Source: Roseovarius sp.
Lineage (GTDB): Bacteria; Pseudomonadota; Alphaproteobacteria; Rhodobacterales; Rhodobacteraceae
Reading direction: 5' to 3'
DNA: 64,000 nt
Assembly: GCA_040220035.1 (NCBI GenBank)
Contig: JAVJTX010000012.1
Coordinates: 2,078 to 66,077, forward strand
Shown: piece after piece, positions 41,607-50,000 of the stretch
How the letters are laid out: each line of letters starts with the position of its first letter
How positions within the stretch are numbered: position 1 is the stretch's first letter
Notes under the pieces: model-generated
Database searches by the model: none
What the model saw: only the letters and a program-made list of their open reading frames with translations
Told to the model about the DNA's origin: nothing
Translations under genes and position numbers: made by a program

Positions 41607-42035
41607 TCAGGCCCCGGCTTCGAACTGGGCGATGAGTTCGGCGCCGGTCATCTTGCGGGTGTCCCCCGCGAAGGCGTAGCCGGCGGGTTTTTCGTCGATG
41701 AAGACTTCCTCGGTCAGGGTGACGCCGGAGGGGTCGTCGAGCAGGCCGAGGCAGACGAACATGTCGCCTTGATGCGGGCCCGGGGTGGTGAGACGGTAGA
41801 AGAGGTTGGTGCCGCAAGTTGTGCAGAAGGCGCGCTCGGCCCAGTCGGAGGAAGGGTAGAGGGAGATGTTCCCTTCCCCTTCGAAGGTGGCCTTGCCGGC
41901 GGCGACCGGGATGGCGAGGTAGATCCCGCCCGACCATTTGCGGCACATGCCGCAATGACAGGCGCCGGTTTCCTTCGGAGCTTCGGCAAGGTTTATCTTC
42001 ACGGCGCCGCAGAGGCAGGATCCGTTGCAGGTCAT
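41607..42035 (-). CDS. GFA (CENP-V) family Zn protein
   Basis: GSCLCG, CHCGMCRK, RAFC..CG. Confidence 0.9.
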   Translation of the reverse strand: MTCNGSCLCGAVKINLAEAPKETGACHCGMCRKWSGGIYLAIPVAAGKATFEGEGNISLYPSSDWAERAFCTTCGTNLFYRLTTPGPHQGDMFVCLGLLDDPSGVTLTEEVFIDEKPAGYAFAGDTRKMTGAELIAQFEAGA

Positions 42036-42177
42036 GGGGTGTCCTTTGATCGGGTGAGTCGGGAGCATCCTAGCGGAATACCCTGAAAGTTACTGTCAGG
42101 AATGGCCCGGCGGACTTGTCACGGGTGCGGCGGCGAGGCAGGGTGGACCCCGGTGACGGCAGAGAGAGGATGGCGCC

Positions 42178-42765
42178 ATGTACAAGGTGATCGGCAGCCG
42201 CGCGTCGCGGTGCCTCAGGGTGCTGTGGATGCTGGAGGAACTGGGCCAGCCTTACGAGCACAACCCGGCCAAGCCGCGCAGTGACGAGGCGCTGGCGGCG
42301 AACCCGTCGGGGAAGATCCCGTCGTTGCAGGTCGAGGGCGAGACGATCACCGATTCGGTGGCGATCATGACCTATCTGGCCGACCGGCACGGGGCACTGA
42401 CCTATGGCGCGGGCACGCTGGAGCGGGCAAGGCAGGACGCGCTGACGCTGATGATCCTCGACGAGGTGGAGGCACTGGTCTGGATGTCGGCAAGACACAG
42501 CTTCGTGCTGCCGGAGGAGCGGCGGGTGCCGGAGGTTAAGAATTCGTTAAAGTGGGAGTACGAACAGGTGCTGCCGCGGCTGGAGGCGGCGCTGACCGGT
42601 CCGTTCCTGATGGGCGAGATGATGACCATCCCCGACATGCTGCTGGCCCATTGCCTGAGCTGGGCCGAGCGGGCCGGGTTTGCGGAGGCGCCCGCGAAGC
42701 TGGCCGATCTGCGCGCGCGGATGGAGGCGCGGGATGCGTTTCAGCGGGTGCTGGCGCTGTCGTGA
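42178..42765 (+). CDS. Glutathione S-transferase family protein
   Basis: SR..RV.WMLEELG, NPSGKIP.L, DS.AI..YL. Confidence 0.9.
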   Translation: MYKVIGSRASRCLRVLWMLEELGQPYEHNPAKPRSDEALAANPSGKIPSLQVEGETITDSVAIMTYLADRHGALTYGAGTLERARQDALTLMILDEVEALVWMSARHSFVLPEERRVPEVKNSLKWEYEQVLPRLEAALTGPFLMGEMMTIPDMLLAHCLSWAERAGFAEAPAKLADLRARMEARDAFQRVLALS

Positions 42766-42809
42766 GACCGGATCGGCCCAGCGGTCGCGCGAGAATCCCG
42801 GCGGAGTGA

Positions 42810-42855
42810 CGTAAATATATTGCGCGATGGAAAATCGCGCGCATAAATATATGCG
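42810..42855. promoter_or_regulatory. Putative tandem operator upstream of the small secreted protein gene
   Basis: TAAATATAT at 42812 and 42844 (32 bp apart); the second lies within the palindrome CGCATA-aata-TATGCG; a GCGCGAT/ATCGCGC hairpin lies between them. Confidence 0.4.
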
Positions 42856-42898
42856 GGCTAAGCCCACGATTACATATCAATCCATTTAGGAGGTTAAC

Positions 42899-43150
42899 AT
42901 GACCTTTCTTCGTATCTTTGCGGTTGCAGGCCTCTCCCTTTCTCTCGCGACTGCGCCGGCGATGGCCGGCAACACGTCGTTGTCGTCTTCGAACGGAACG
43001 CAATTGAAGATCAAATGCAAAAATTCCGGCTGTACCGTCCGGGCCAAGCCGGCCGGTGGCAAATGGGGCGTGGTCGAAAAGACCGCTGGCGGCAGGAAGA
43101 ACCATGACAAGCTCGTCGCCAAGTACCGAGGCATGGGATACAACTACTGA
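42899..43150 (+). CDS. Small basic secreted protein
   Basis: AGGAGG RBS; signal peptide ending AMA; 60-aa Lys-rich mature part with two Cys. Confidence 0.75.
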   Translation: MTFLRIFAVAGLSLSLATAPAMAGNTSLSSSNGTQLKIKCKNSGCTVRAKPAGGKWGVVEKTAGGRKNHDKLVAKYRGMGYNY

Positions 43151-43217
43151 GGTATCGGCAAAGACGGGACGAACCCTCGCCTTGCCGCAGGCTCTAAACA
43201 GGACAGCTTAACGGGGT

Positions 43218-43511
43218 ATGGACGATCCGATCTGTCCCCTGTGTGGCCGCCCCATTCCGCCTGATGCGAAACAGAGCCTGCATCACCTTGTTCCCAAGCT
43301 GAAGGGCGGCAAGGGCGGGCCTGTCGTGCTGTTGCATCAGATATGCCATAGCGAGATACACGCCACGCTGACCGAGGCGGAGCTGGCGCGGGATTATGCG
43401 ACGATCGAGGCGCTGAGGGCGCATCCGCGGCTGGCGAAGTTCATCAGATGGGTGGCGAAGCGGCCGCCGGCGTTTCATTCCAAGACACCGGGGGCAAGGC
43501 GGAAGCGCTAG
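43218..43511 (+). CDS. Small HNH endonuclease-like protein
   Basis: CPLCGR...HHLVPK.KGG...LHQICH..IH. Confidence 0.85.
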   Translation: MDDPICPLCGRPIPPDAKQSLHHLVPKLKGGKGGPVVLLHQICHSEIHATLTEAELARDYATIEALRAHPRLAKFIRWVAKRPPAFHSKTPGARRKR

Positions 43512-44428
43512 GCGGTTGCGGGCGTGTCGGCCAAGGCCTCTGTAATCCGCTGGGCCATGAAATCGATCAGCAGGCGCGTCTTGGGGTCCTGATGGCGGCG
43601 GTGGGCGTAGAGGCAGCCCAGTTGCACGGGCACGGGCGGGCAGTCTTCCAGCACTGGTACGAGGCGGCCGGAGGAGAGGTCATCGGCCACCTCGAACCGG
43701 GGTTTCAGGATGATGCCGTAGCCGTCGAGCGCCCAGCTTGTCAGCACGTCGCCATCGTCGGTTTCGAACGGCCCCTTGACCGAGTAGCGCTCGACCCCGT
43801 CGGGGGTTTCCAGCGGCCACTGGAATTCCTGCGCGCCGGGGTAGCGGAGGTTGAGGCAGTCATGCGCGCCCGAGGTCAGATCGGTCGGGCGTTTCGGCGG
43901 GCCTTTTTTTTCAAGGTAGGAAGGTGCGGCGCAGAGGACGCGGGGGCAGTCGGCGATCTTGCGCATCTTGAGGGTGGAATCGCGCGGCAGGCCGAGGAAG
44001 AAGGCCACGTCGAGCCCCTCGCCGGGCAGGTCGAGGGCGCGATCGGACAGGCGCAGGCGGATGTTGATGAGCGGGTAGGCTTCCTTGAAGGCGGGCACGT
44101 GGGGCGCGATCAGACGGCGGCCGATGCCCAAGGGCGCGGCGATGAAGAGCGTGCCGCGCGGCGTGCGGGTGACGGAGGTGATCTCGGCCTCGGCATCCTC
44201 GACCGCCTCGAGGATCTTGCAGGCGCCTGGGTAGAACAGCCGGCCCTGTTCGGTCGGGTTGAGCTGGCGGGTGGTGCGCTGGAAGAGGCGCACGCCAAGG
44301 TGTTCTTCGAGTTGAGAAATACGCGCCGAGGCGACCGCCGCCGAGATCCGCTGATCGCGAGCGGCGGCGGACATGTTGCTGAGTTCGTAGACACGAACAA
44401 AGGTGCGGATGTTGTCGAGATAGGCCAT
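43508..44428 (-). CDS. LysR family transcriptional regulator
   Basis: N-terminal HTH (SAAAR...S.RI..LE..LGVRLF.RTTR); divergent from puuD. Confidence 0.93.
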   Translation of the reverse strand: MAYLDNIRTFVRVYELSNMSAAARDQRISAAVASARISQLEEHLGVRLFQRTTRQLNPTEQGRLFYPGACKILEAVEDAEAEITSVTRTPRGTLFIAAPLGIGRRLIAPHVPAFKEAYPLINIRLRLSDRALDLPGEGLDVAFFLGLPRDSTLKMRKIADCPRVLCAAPSYLEKKGPPKRPTDLTSGAHDCLNLRYPGAQEFQWPLETPDGVERYSVKGPFETDDGDVLTSWALDGYGIILKPRFEVADDLSSGRLVPVLEDCPPVPVQLGCLYAHRRHQDPKTRLLIDFMAQRITEALADTPATA

Positions 44429-44535
44429 TGCGCGTCGATCTTCAGGTTCTGTTTGAAACTGATCTGTTTTTTCATTCAATAGAGAAGAATGCGCAGGCGC
44501 GCTAGGGTGGTGCGATCTGAAGGAGTTTTCGCGAA

Positions 44536-45771
44536 ATGTATGAGATTGCGATCATCTGGGATTGGCTGGGCTTTGCCGTCCGCTGGCTGCATGTCATCAC
44601 GGCGATGGCGTGGATCGGATCATCCTTTTATTTCATCGCGCTGGACCTTGGGTTGCGCCGCGCGCCGGACCTGCCGGAGGGGGCGCATGGCGAGGAATGG
44701 CAGGTTCATGGGGGCGGGTTTTACCATATCCGCAAGTACCTTGTCGCGCCGGAGCGGATGCCGGAGCACCTGACGTGGTTCAAGTGGGAGAGCTATTCGA
44801 CGTGGCTTTCCGGGGCAGCGCTGCTGGCGGTGGTCTACTGGGCCGGGGCGGAATTGTACCTGATCGACCGGTCCAAGGCGGACATTGCGGTGTGGCAGGG
44901 GATCGCGATTTCGGCGGCCTCGCTGGGGGTGGGGTGGCTGATCTATGACCGGCTGTGCAAGTCGCCCCTTGGGGAACGGCCGACGCTGTTGATGGTGCTG
45001 TTGTTCGGGCTGCTGGTGGCGATGGGCTGGGGCTATACGCAGGTCTTCACGGGCCGGGCGATGATGCTGCATCTCGGCGCGTTCACGGCGACGATCATGA
45101 CGGCGAACGTGTTCCTGATCATCATCCCGAACCAGAAGATCGTGGTGGCGGACCTGAAGGCCGGGCGGGTGCCGGATGCCAAGTATGGGAAGATCGCCAA
45201 GCTGCGGTCGACGCATAACAACTATCTGACTTTGCCGGTTATTTTCCTGATGTTGAGCAATCATTACCCGCTGGCGTTCGCGACCGAGTGGAACTGGGTC
45301 ATTGCGGCGCTGGTGTTTTTGATGGGGGTGACGATCCGGCACTGGTTCAACACGCATCATGCCGGGACGGGGAACCCGCATTGGACATGGGCGGTGACGG
45401 TGTTGCTGTTTCTGGCGATCATGTGGCTGTCGACCGCGCCTTTGCGGCAGGGGGATATCGAGGCGGCGGAGGCGCGGGAAATGTCAGCCGCTGAAAGGGT
45501 TTATGCCGAGGCTGACGGGTTCGAGGAGGCCCGAGACATCGTGCTGGGGCGGTGTTCGATGTGCCATGCGCGGGAGCCTGTCTGGACGGGGATAAGACGG
45601 GCGCCGAAGAACGTTTTGCTGGAGACGGAGGCGGAGATTGCGGGCCATGCGGTGCCGATTTTCCTGCAGGCCGGGGCGAGCCATGCGATGCCGCCGGGCA
45701 ATGTGACGTGGATGGAAGCGGAGGAGCGGCAGGCGATCGTGGCGTGGTACCGGGCGGTGAACGGGGGGTGA
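44536..45771 (+). CDS. puuD: Urate hydroxylase PuuD (membrane protein with C-terminal cytochrome c)
   Basis: RWLHVI...AWIGSSFYF, W.VHGGGFY, WFKWESYSTWLSG, RSTHNNY.TLPV, CSMCH. Confidence 0.9.
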   Translation: MYEIAIIWDWLGFAVRWLHVITAMAWIGSSFYFIALDLGLRRAPDLPEGAHGEEWQVHGGGFYHIRKYLVAPERMPEHLTWFKWESYSTWLSGAALLAVVYWAGAELYLIDRSKADIAVWQGIAISAASLGVGWLIYDRLCKSPLGERPTLLMVLLFGLLVAMGWGYTQVFTGRAMMLHLGAFTATIMTANVFLIIIPNQKIVVADLKAGRVPDAKYGKIAKLRSTHNNYLTLPVIFLMLSNHYPLAFATEWNWVIAALVFLMGVTIRHWFNTHHAGTGNPHWTWAVTVLLFLAIMWLSTAPLRQGDIEAAEAREMSAAERVYAEADGFEEARDIVLGRCSMCHAREPVWTGIRRAPKNVLLETEAEIAGHAVPIFLQAGASHAMPPGNVTWMEAEERQAIVAWYRAVNGG

Positions 45772-45788
45772 TCCGGCTGAAAATCGAC

Positions 45789-45827
45789 GTCGGTATAACG
45801 TCGGTATTTTGTCGGTATCGCGTCGGT
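45789..45827 (+). repeat. 11-bp-period GTCGGT tandem array, copy 2 (4 units)
   Basis: GTCGGT at 45789, 45800, 45811 and 45822; 22 bp identical to 39017-39038. Confidence 0.8.
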
Positions 45828-45839
45828 GCGGCTATGGGC

Positions 45840-45883
45840 GATATCTTGAAAAGATATCGGGCCGAATTCTTTTCAAGAATTCG
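45840..45883. repeat. Nested double palindrome between convergent genes
   Basis: GATATCTT-gaa-AAGATATC and GAATTCTT-ttc-AAGAATTC; the two are near reverse complements of each other. Confidence 0.6.
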
Positions 45884-45906
45884 ATGGGCGGTGTTGGAGG
45901 TGGGTT

Positions 45907-46248
45907 TCAGAAAACCTCGAGCGCCTTTTCCGGCGGGCGGCCGATGACGGCCTTGTCGCCGGAGAAGATGACCGGGCGTTCGATGAGTTTCGGTGCCTCT
46001 GACATCGCCTTGAGGAGCACCTCGTCGGGGTCGGATTTCGACAGGCCCATCTCCTTGAACGCCGCCTCGCCCGTGCGGATCATGTCGATGGCGGGCAGGC
46101 CGAGTTTCGACTGGGCGTCGTGGAGTTCGGCAAGGCTGGGCGGCTCGTCGAGGTAGCGGCGGATGGTGATCTCGGCGCCGCGCTCTTCGAGCAGGGCGAG
46201 GGCCTGGCGCGATTTCGAGCAGCGGGGGTTGTGCCAGATGGTCGTCAT
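45907..46248 (-). CDS. arsC: Arsenate reductase (glutaredoxin) ArsC family
   Basis: HNPRCSKSR and LIERP motifs; 4-bp overlap with pyrD. Confidence 0.85.
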   Translation of the reverse strand: MTTIWHNPRCSKSRQALALLEERGAEITIRRYLDEPPSLAELHDAQSKLGLPAIDMIRTGEAAFKEMGLSKSDPDEVLLKAMSEAPKLIERPVIFSGDKAVIGRPPEKALEVF

Positions 46249-47303
46249 AGCCAATCCTTCGTTTTGGTGCCGACAGCATCGGCCACGGATGCGAAGCCGT
46301 CTTGTTCGAGCAGGCGGTCGAGGCCGCGGGCGATGTCTTGGACCAGGGAGAGGCCTTCGTAGACCATGGCCGAGTAGAGCTGCACCGCGCTCGCGCCGGC
46401 GCGGATCTTGGCGTAGGCGTCTTCGGCGGAGCTGATGCCGCCGACGCCGATCAGGGGGAAATCGCCCTTGGTAAGTTGGGCGAGCTTGGCCAGAACGCGG
46501 GTCGATTTGTCGAAGAGCGGGCGGCCGGAGAGGCCGCCGGCCTCGCCCCTCGCCGGGCTTGTCAGGCCGTCGCGGGACAGCATGGTGTTGGTGGCGATGA
46601 TGGCTGAAAGGCCCGATTGGCGGGCGACATCGGCGATTTCGGAAAGCTCCGCGTCGGTGAGGTCGGGGGCGATCTTGAGGAAGATGGGGATCGGTTTCGG
46701 CAGCGTGTCGCGGGCGGCCATGACGCCGGAGAGGAGGGAGGCCAGCGCCTCGGCGCCTTGCAGGTCGCGCAGCTTCTCGGTGTTGGGGCTGGAGACGTTG
46801 ACGGTGGCGAAGTCGAGATGCGGGCCGCAATGGGCCAGCACGCGGGCGAAATCTTCGGCGCGGTCGGCGCTGTCCTTGTTGGCGCCGAGGTTGAGGCCGA
46901 TGATGGCGTCGCGGGGGCGGTTGGCAAGGCGGTGGCCGGCCGCTTCCATGCCTTCGTTGTTGAAGCCGAAGCGGTTGATGACGGCGCGGTCCTGGGCCAG
47001 GCGGAAGAGGCGCGGGCGGGGGTTGCCCGGCTGGGGGCGCGGGGTGACGGCGCCCGCCTCAATGAAGCCGAAGCCTGCGCGGGAGAGGGGGCTGAGGGCC
47101 ACGGCGTTCTTGTCGTAGCCGGCGGCGAGGCCAATGGGGTTGGGCAGGTGCAGGCCCGCGATCTGGGTGCGCAGTCGGGGGGTGGTGACGAGGCCCGGCA
47201 GCGGCACGGCGCCGAGGCGGAGGGCTTGGAGGCTGAGCCCGTGGGCGGTTTCGGGGTCGAAGCGGTGGAGGAAGGAGAGGCCGGCGCGTTCGAGGAGGTT
47301 CAT
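46245..47303 (-). CDS. pyrD: Quinone-dependent dihydroorotate dehydrogenase
   Basis: [47 protein letters not shown]. Confidence 0.96.
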   Translation of the reverse strand: MNLLERAGLSFLHRFDPETAHGLSLQALRLGAVPLPGLVTTPRLRTQIAGLHLPNPIGLAAGYDKNAVALSPLSRAGFGFIEAGAVTPRPQPGNPRPRLFRLAQDRAVINRFGFNNEGMEAAGHRLANRPRDAIIGLNLGANKDSADRAEDFARVLAHCGPHLDFATVNVSSPNTEKLRDLQGAEALASLLSGVMAARDTLPKPIPIFLKIAPDLTDAELSEIADVARQSGLSAIIATNTMLSRDGLTSPARGEAGGLSGRPLFDKSTRVLAKLAQLTKGDFPLIGVGGISSAEDAYAKIRAGASAVQLYSAMVYEGLSLVQDIARGLDRLLEQDGFASVADAVGTKTKDWL

Positions 47304-48061
47304 CCGAAGGCCCCGCCGGTTTCCGAGGGTTTGCAGCGGATGAGGCGGGAGGTGCGCACGGCGGCCTGTCGGTGGATCACGGCGTCGCGGTAGACCGGGT
47401 CGGTGACCATTTCGAGGAAGGCATGAGCGTTGGGATAGCGGGCGATGAAGGCGTGATCCCAGTGTTCCGTGGTGGGGCCGATGAGCATCGCCTGCATCTC
47501 GCCCCGCCAGAGGATTGAGGCGCCGAGCCGTTGGATGATGGGGGCGGATTCGGCACCATAGCGGCGATAGGCATCTGCGCCGGTGAGGCCGGCGCCGGCG
47601 AGGGGGTGGCCCTCGGGATAGGCGGCGGTGTCGCGCAGGGCGACGAGGTTGAGCATCTCGATCGGATGGTCGCGATCGAGATCCTTGAAAAGCTGGAATT
47701 GCGGGCGTGTGGGGTCGACATGGCCGGTGAGATCTTCGGGGAAGACATGCACGCCGCCCGCCAGCGGCAGGGGCTCGACGCGGGCGATGTCGGAGAGGTG
47801 CAGCTCGCGGTAGAGATGCGGGAAGAGGGCACCGCCGCGGGAGGGCTCCCATTTCAGGGCGTCACCCAGATCGTCGGCTTCGACCGAGATGAGGACGAGA
47901 TCGGAGGCCCCGGCGAAGTGTTTCGCCGCCGTCTCGGCAGCCTGCGCGGGGGTGGAGAAATGGATGAATCCATCCGCCAGATCGACCGGTGCGCCCCGGG
48001 TGGTGCCGTCGTGGCGCAGGGCCTGCCATTCATCGGCGCGGAAAATCTTGAGGATCAGCAT
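47300..48061 (-). CDS. DUF952-DUF1330 fusion protein
   Basis: N-half [13 protein letters not shown]...[14 protein letters not shown] (DUF952); C-half MLNL..LR..A.Y...AY.RY...WD..FIARYP....FLEMV.DP.Y.....HR.AA (DUF1330-like). Confidence 0.78.
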   Translation of the reverse strand: MLILKIFRADEWQALRHDGTTRGAPVDLADGFIHFSTPAQAAETAAKHFAGASDLVLISVEADDLGDALKWEPSRGGALFPHLYRELHLSDIARVEPLPLAGGVHVFPEDLTGHVDPTRPQFQLFKDLDRDHPIEMLNLVALRDTAAYPEGHPLAGAGLTGADAYRRYGAESAPIIQRLGASILWRGEMQAMLIGPTTEHWDHAFIARYPNAHAFLEMVTDPVYRDAVIHRQAAVRTSRLIRCKPSETGGAFG

Positions 48062-48165
48062 GGCGGGGTGATGCCCCGCTGTAAGGGCCCGGTCAAGCCG
48101 GAAGGCTTTGACGGACGGCGAAAGGGCAGGCAAACTCCGACATATACCAACAGGAGATTGAGACC

Positions 48166-49728
48166 ATGCTGACCCGTCTTGCCCTTGCGGGCGTTTTCAC
48201 GGCACTCGCCGGAATGGCGCAGGCCGAGTACGTGCTGACCATTCTGCACACCAACGATTTCCACGCCCGGTTCGAGCCGATCAACAAGTACGATTCGACC
48301 TGCGGCGAGGAGGACAACCAGGCGGGCGACTGTTTCGGCGGCTCGGCCCGGCTGGCCACGGCGATTGCCGAGGTGAAGGCGGAGGCGGTGAACCCGGTGC
48401 TGTTCGACGGGGGCGACCAGTTCCAGGGGACGCTGTTCTATACCCATTACAAGGGCCAGCTGGCGGCCGAGATGATGAACCGGCTGGGCTATGACGCGAT
48501 GACGGTGGGCAACCACGAGTTTGATGACGGGCCGGAGGTGCTGCGCGGGTTCATGAACGCGGTGGAGTTCCCGGTGCTGATGTCGAACGCGGATGTGAGC
48601 GGGGAGCCCCTTCTGGCCGATGTGCTGATGAAATCGACGGTGATCGAGCGGGAGGGCGAGAAGCTGGGGCTCATTGGCCTGACGCCGCAGGATACCGATG
48701 AGCTGGCAAGCCCCGGGCCGAACATCATCTTCACCCCGCCGGCCGATGCCGTGCAGGCCGAGGTCGACAAGCTGGAGGAGCAGGGGGTCAACAAGATCAT
48801 CGTGCTGAGCCATTCGGGCTATCGCGTCGATCTGGCGGTGGCGAAGGCCACGACGGGGGTCGACGTGATCGTCGGTGGGCATTCCAACACGTTGCTGTCC
48901 AATGACGATGCCTCGGCCGCCGGGCCCTATCCGACGATGGTGGGCGACACGGCGGTGGTGCAGGCCTATGCCTATGGCAAGTATCTGGGCGAGCTGGTGG
49001 TGACGTTCGACGATGCCGGCAAGGTGGTCGAGGCCAAGGGCGCGCCGCGGCTGCTGGATGCGGGTGTGAGCGAGGATGAGGGCGTGAAGGCGCGGGTCAC
49101 CGAGGCCGCGCAACCGCTGGAGGAGATCCGCAACGAGGTGGTGGCCGAGGCTTCGGCGCCGATCGGGGGCGACCGGGTGAACTGTCGCTCGGGCGAGTGC
49201 GAGATGGGCAATCTTGTGGCCGACGCGATGCTTGACCGGGTGAAGGGGCAGGGAATCGAGGTGGCCTTCATGAATGGTGGCGGGCTGCGGGCCAGCATCG
49301 ACGCGGGCCCGATCACCATGGGCGAGGTTCTGACGGTGCTGCCGTTCCAGAACACGCTGTCGACCTTCCGGGTGGAGGGATCGGTGCTGAAGGAGGCGCT
49401 GGAGAACGGGGTGAGCCAGTTCGAGGAAGGCGCGGGGCGGTTCCCGCAAGTGGCGGGGATGAGCTTTGCCGTGGACGTGACGAAGCCCGTGGGCGAGCGG
49501 ATTTCCGACGTGATGGTTGGGGGCGCCGCGCTTGATGAGGAGAAGCTGTACGGTGTGACGTCGAACAACTATCTCCGCAATGGTGGGGACGGGTACGCGA
49601 TGTTCGTCGATGCGCAGGACGCCTATGATTTCGGGCCGGACGTGGCGAATGTGATGGCGGAGTACCTGGCGAAGGTCGGGCCGTACACGGCCTATACGGA
49701 TGGGCGGATCAAGCTGAAGATGGAGTAA
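48166..49728 (+). CDS. Periplasmic 5'-nucleotidase / bifunctional metallophosphatase
   Basis: Signal peptide; LHTNDFH, GGDQFQG, GNHEFD, GGHSNT, NGGGLR, GRFPQV. Confidence 0.93.
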   Translation: MLTRLALAGVFTALAGMAQAEYVLTILHTNDFHARFEPINKYDSTCGEEDNQAGDCFGGSARLATAIAEVKAEAVNPVLFDGGDQFQGTLFYTHYKGQLAAEMMNRLGYDAMTVGNHEFDDGPEVLRGFMNAVEFPVLMSNADVSGEPLLADVLMKSTVIEREGEKLGLIGLTPQDTDELASPGPNIIFTPPADAVQAEVDKLEEQGVNKIIVLSHSGYRVDLAVAKATTGVDVIVGGHSNTLLSNDDASAAGPYPTMVGDTAVVQAYAYGKYLGELVVTFDDAGKVVEAKGAPRLLDAGVSEDEGVKARVTEAAQPLEEIRNEVVAEASAPIGGDRVNCRSGECEMGNLVADAMLDRVKGQGIEVAFMNGGGLRASIDAGPITMGEVLTVLPFQNTLSTFRVEGSVLKEALENGVSQFEEGAGRFPQVAGMSFAVDVTKPVGERISDVMVGGAALDEEKLYGVTSNNYLRNGGDGYAMFVDAQDAYDFGPDVANVMAEYLAKVGPYTAYTDGRIKLKME

Positions 49729-49746
49729 GAGGAGGCGGTGGTTCCT

Positions 49747-49793
49747 GGGGGCCAGCCCCCAGACCCCCGGGATATTTGGGCCAAGAAGAAGCC
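49747..49793 (+). repeat. REP-like dispersed intergenic repeat, copy 2
   Basis: GGGGGCcaGCCCCC hairpin followed by CCCCGGGATATTTgggccaAGAAGAAGCC. Confidence 0.75.
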
Positions 49794-49796
49794 TGG

Positions 49797-49892
49797 GCCG
49801 CCTTTGACCACCGCTTTGGCCAGGGCGTGGGTTGGGCCGTTGCCGGTGAAATAGGGGATTGCGATCACGGGCGCGGCTGTCTTGGGGCTCAG
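49797..49892 (-). pseudogene. Possible remnant of a flavodoxin/WrbA-like gene N-terminus
   Basis: Reads LSPKTAAPVIAIPYFTGNGPTHALAKAVVKGG, resembling the flavodoxin IAI.Y.S..GHT..LA.AV..G FMN loop; ends at the REP-like repeat. Confidence 0.45.
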
Positions 49893-50000
49893 GCTGCGCC
49901 GGAACGGGGCGTGTGCAAGGTGGATTGCGCGCGGATGTTTTTGCATCCCTGCGCGAAACCGGCCTATCCTGCGGGCGGGACAGGATAATCCGGGGGTGGC

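Noticed and set aside
43218-43511. Small HNH protein as a defence or mobile nuclease
   Set aside because: Resembles a common stand-alone short HNH-like family in host-like composition; no partner genes or mobility signs.
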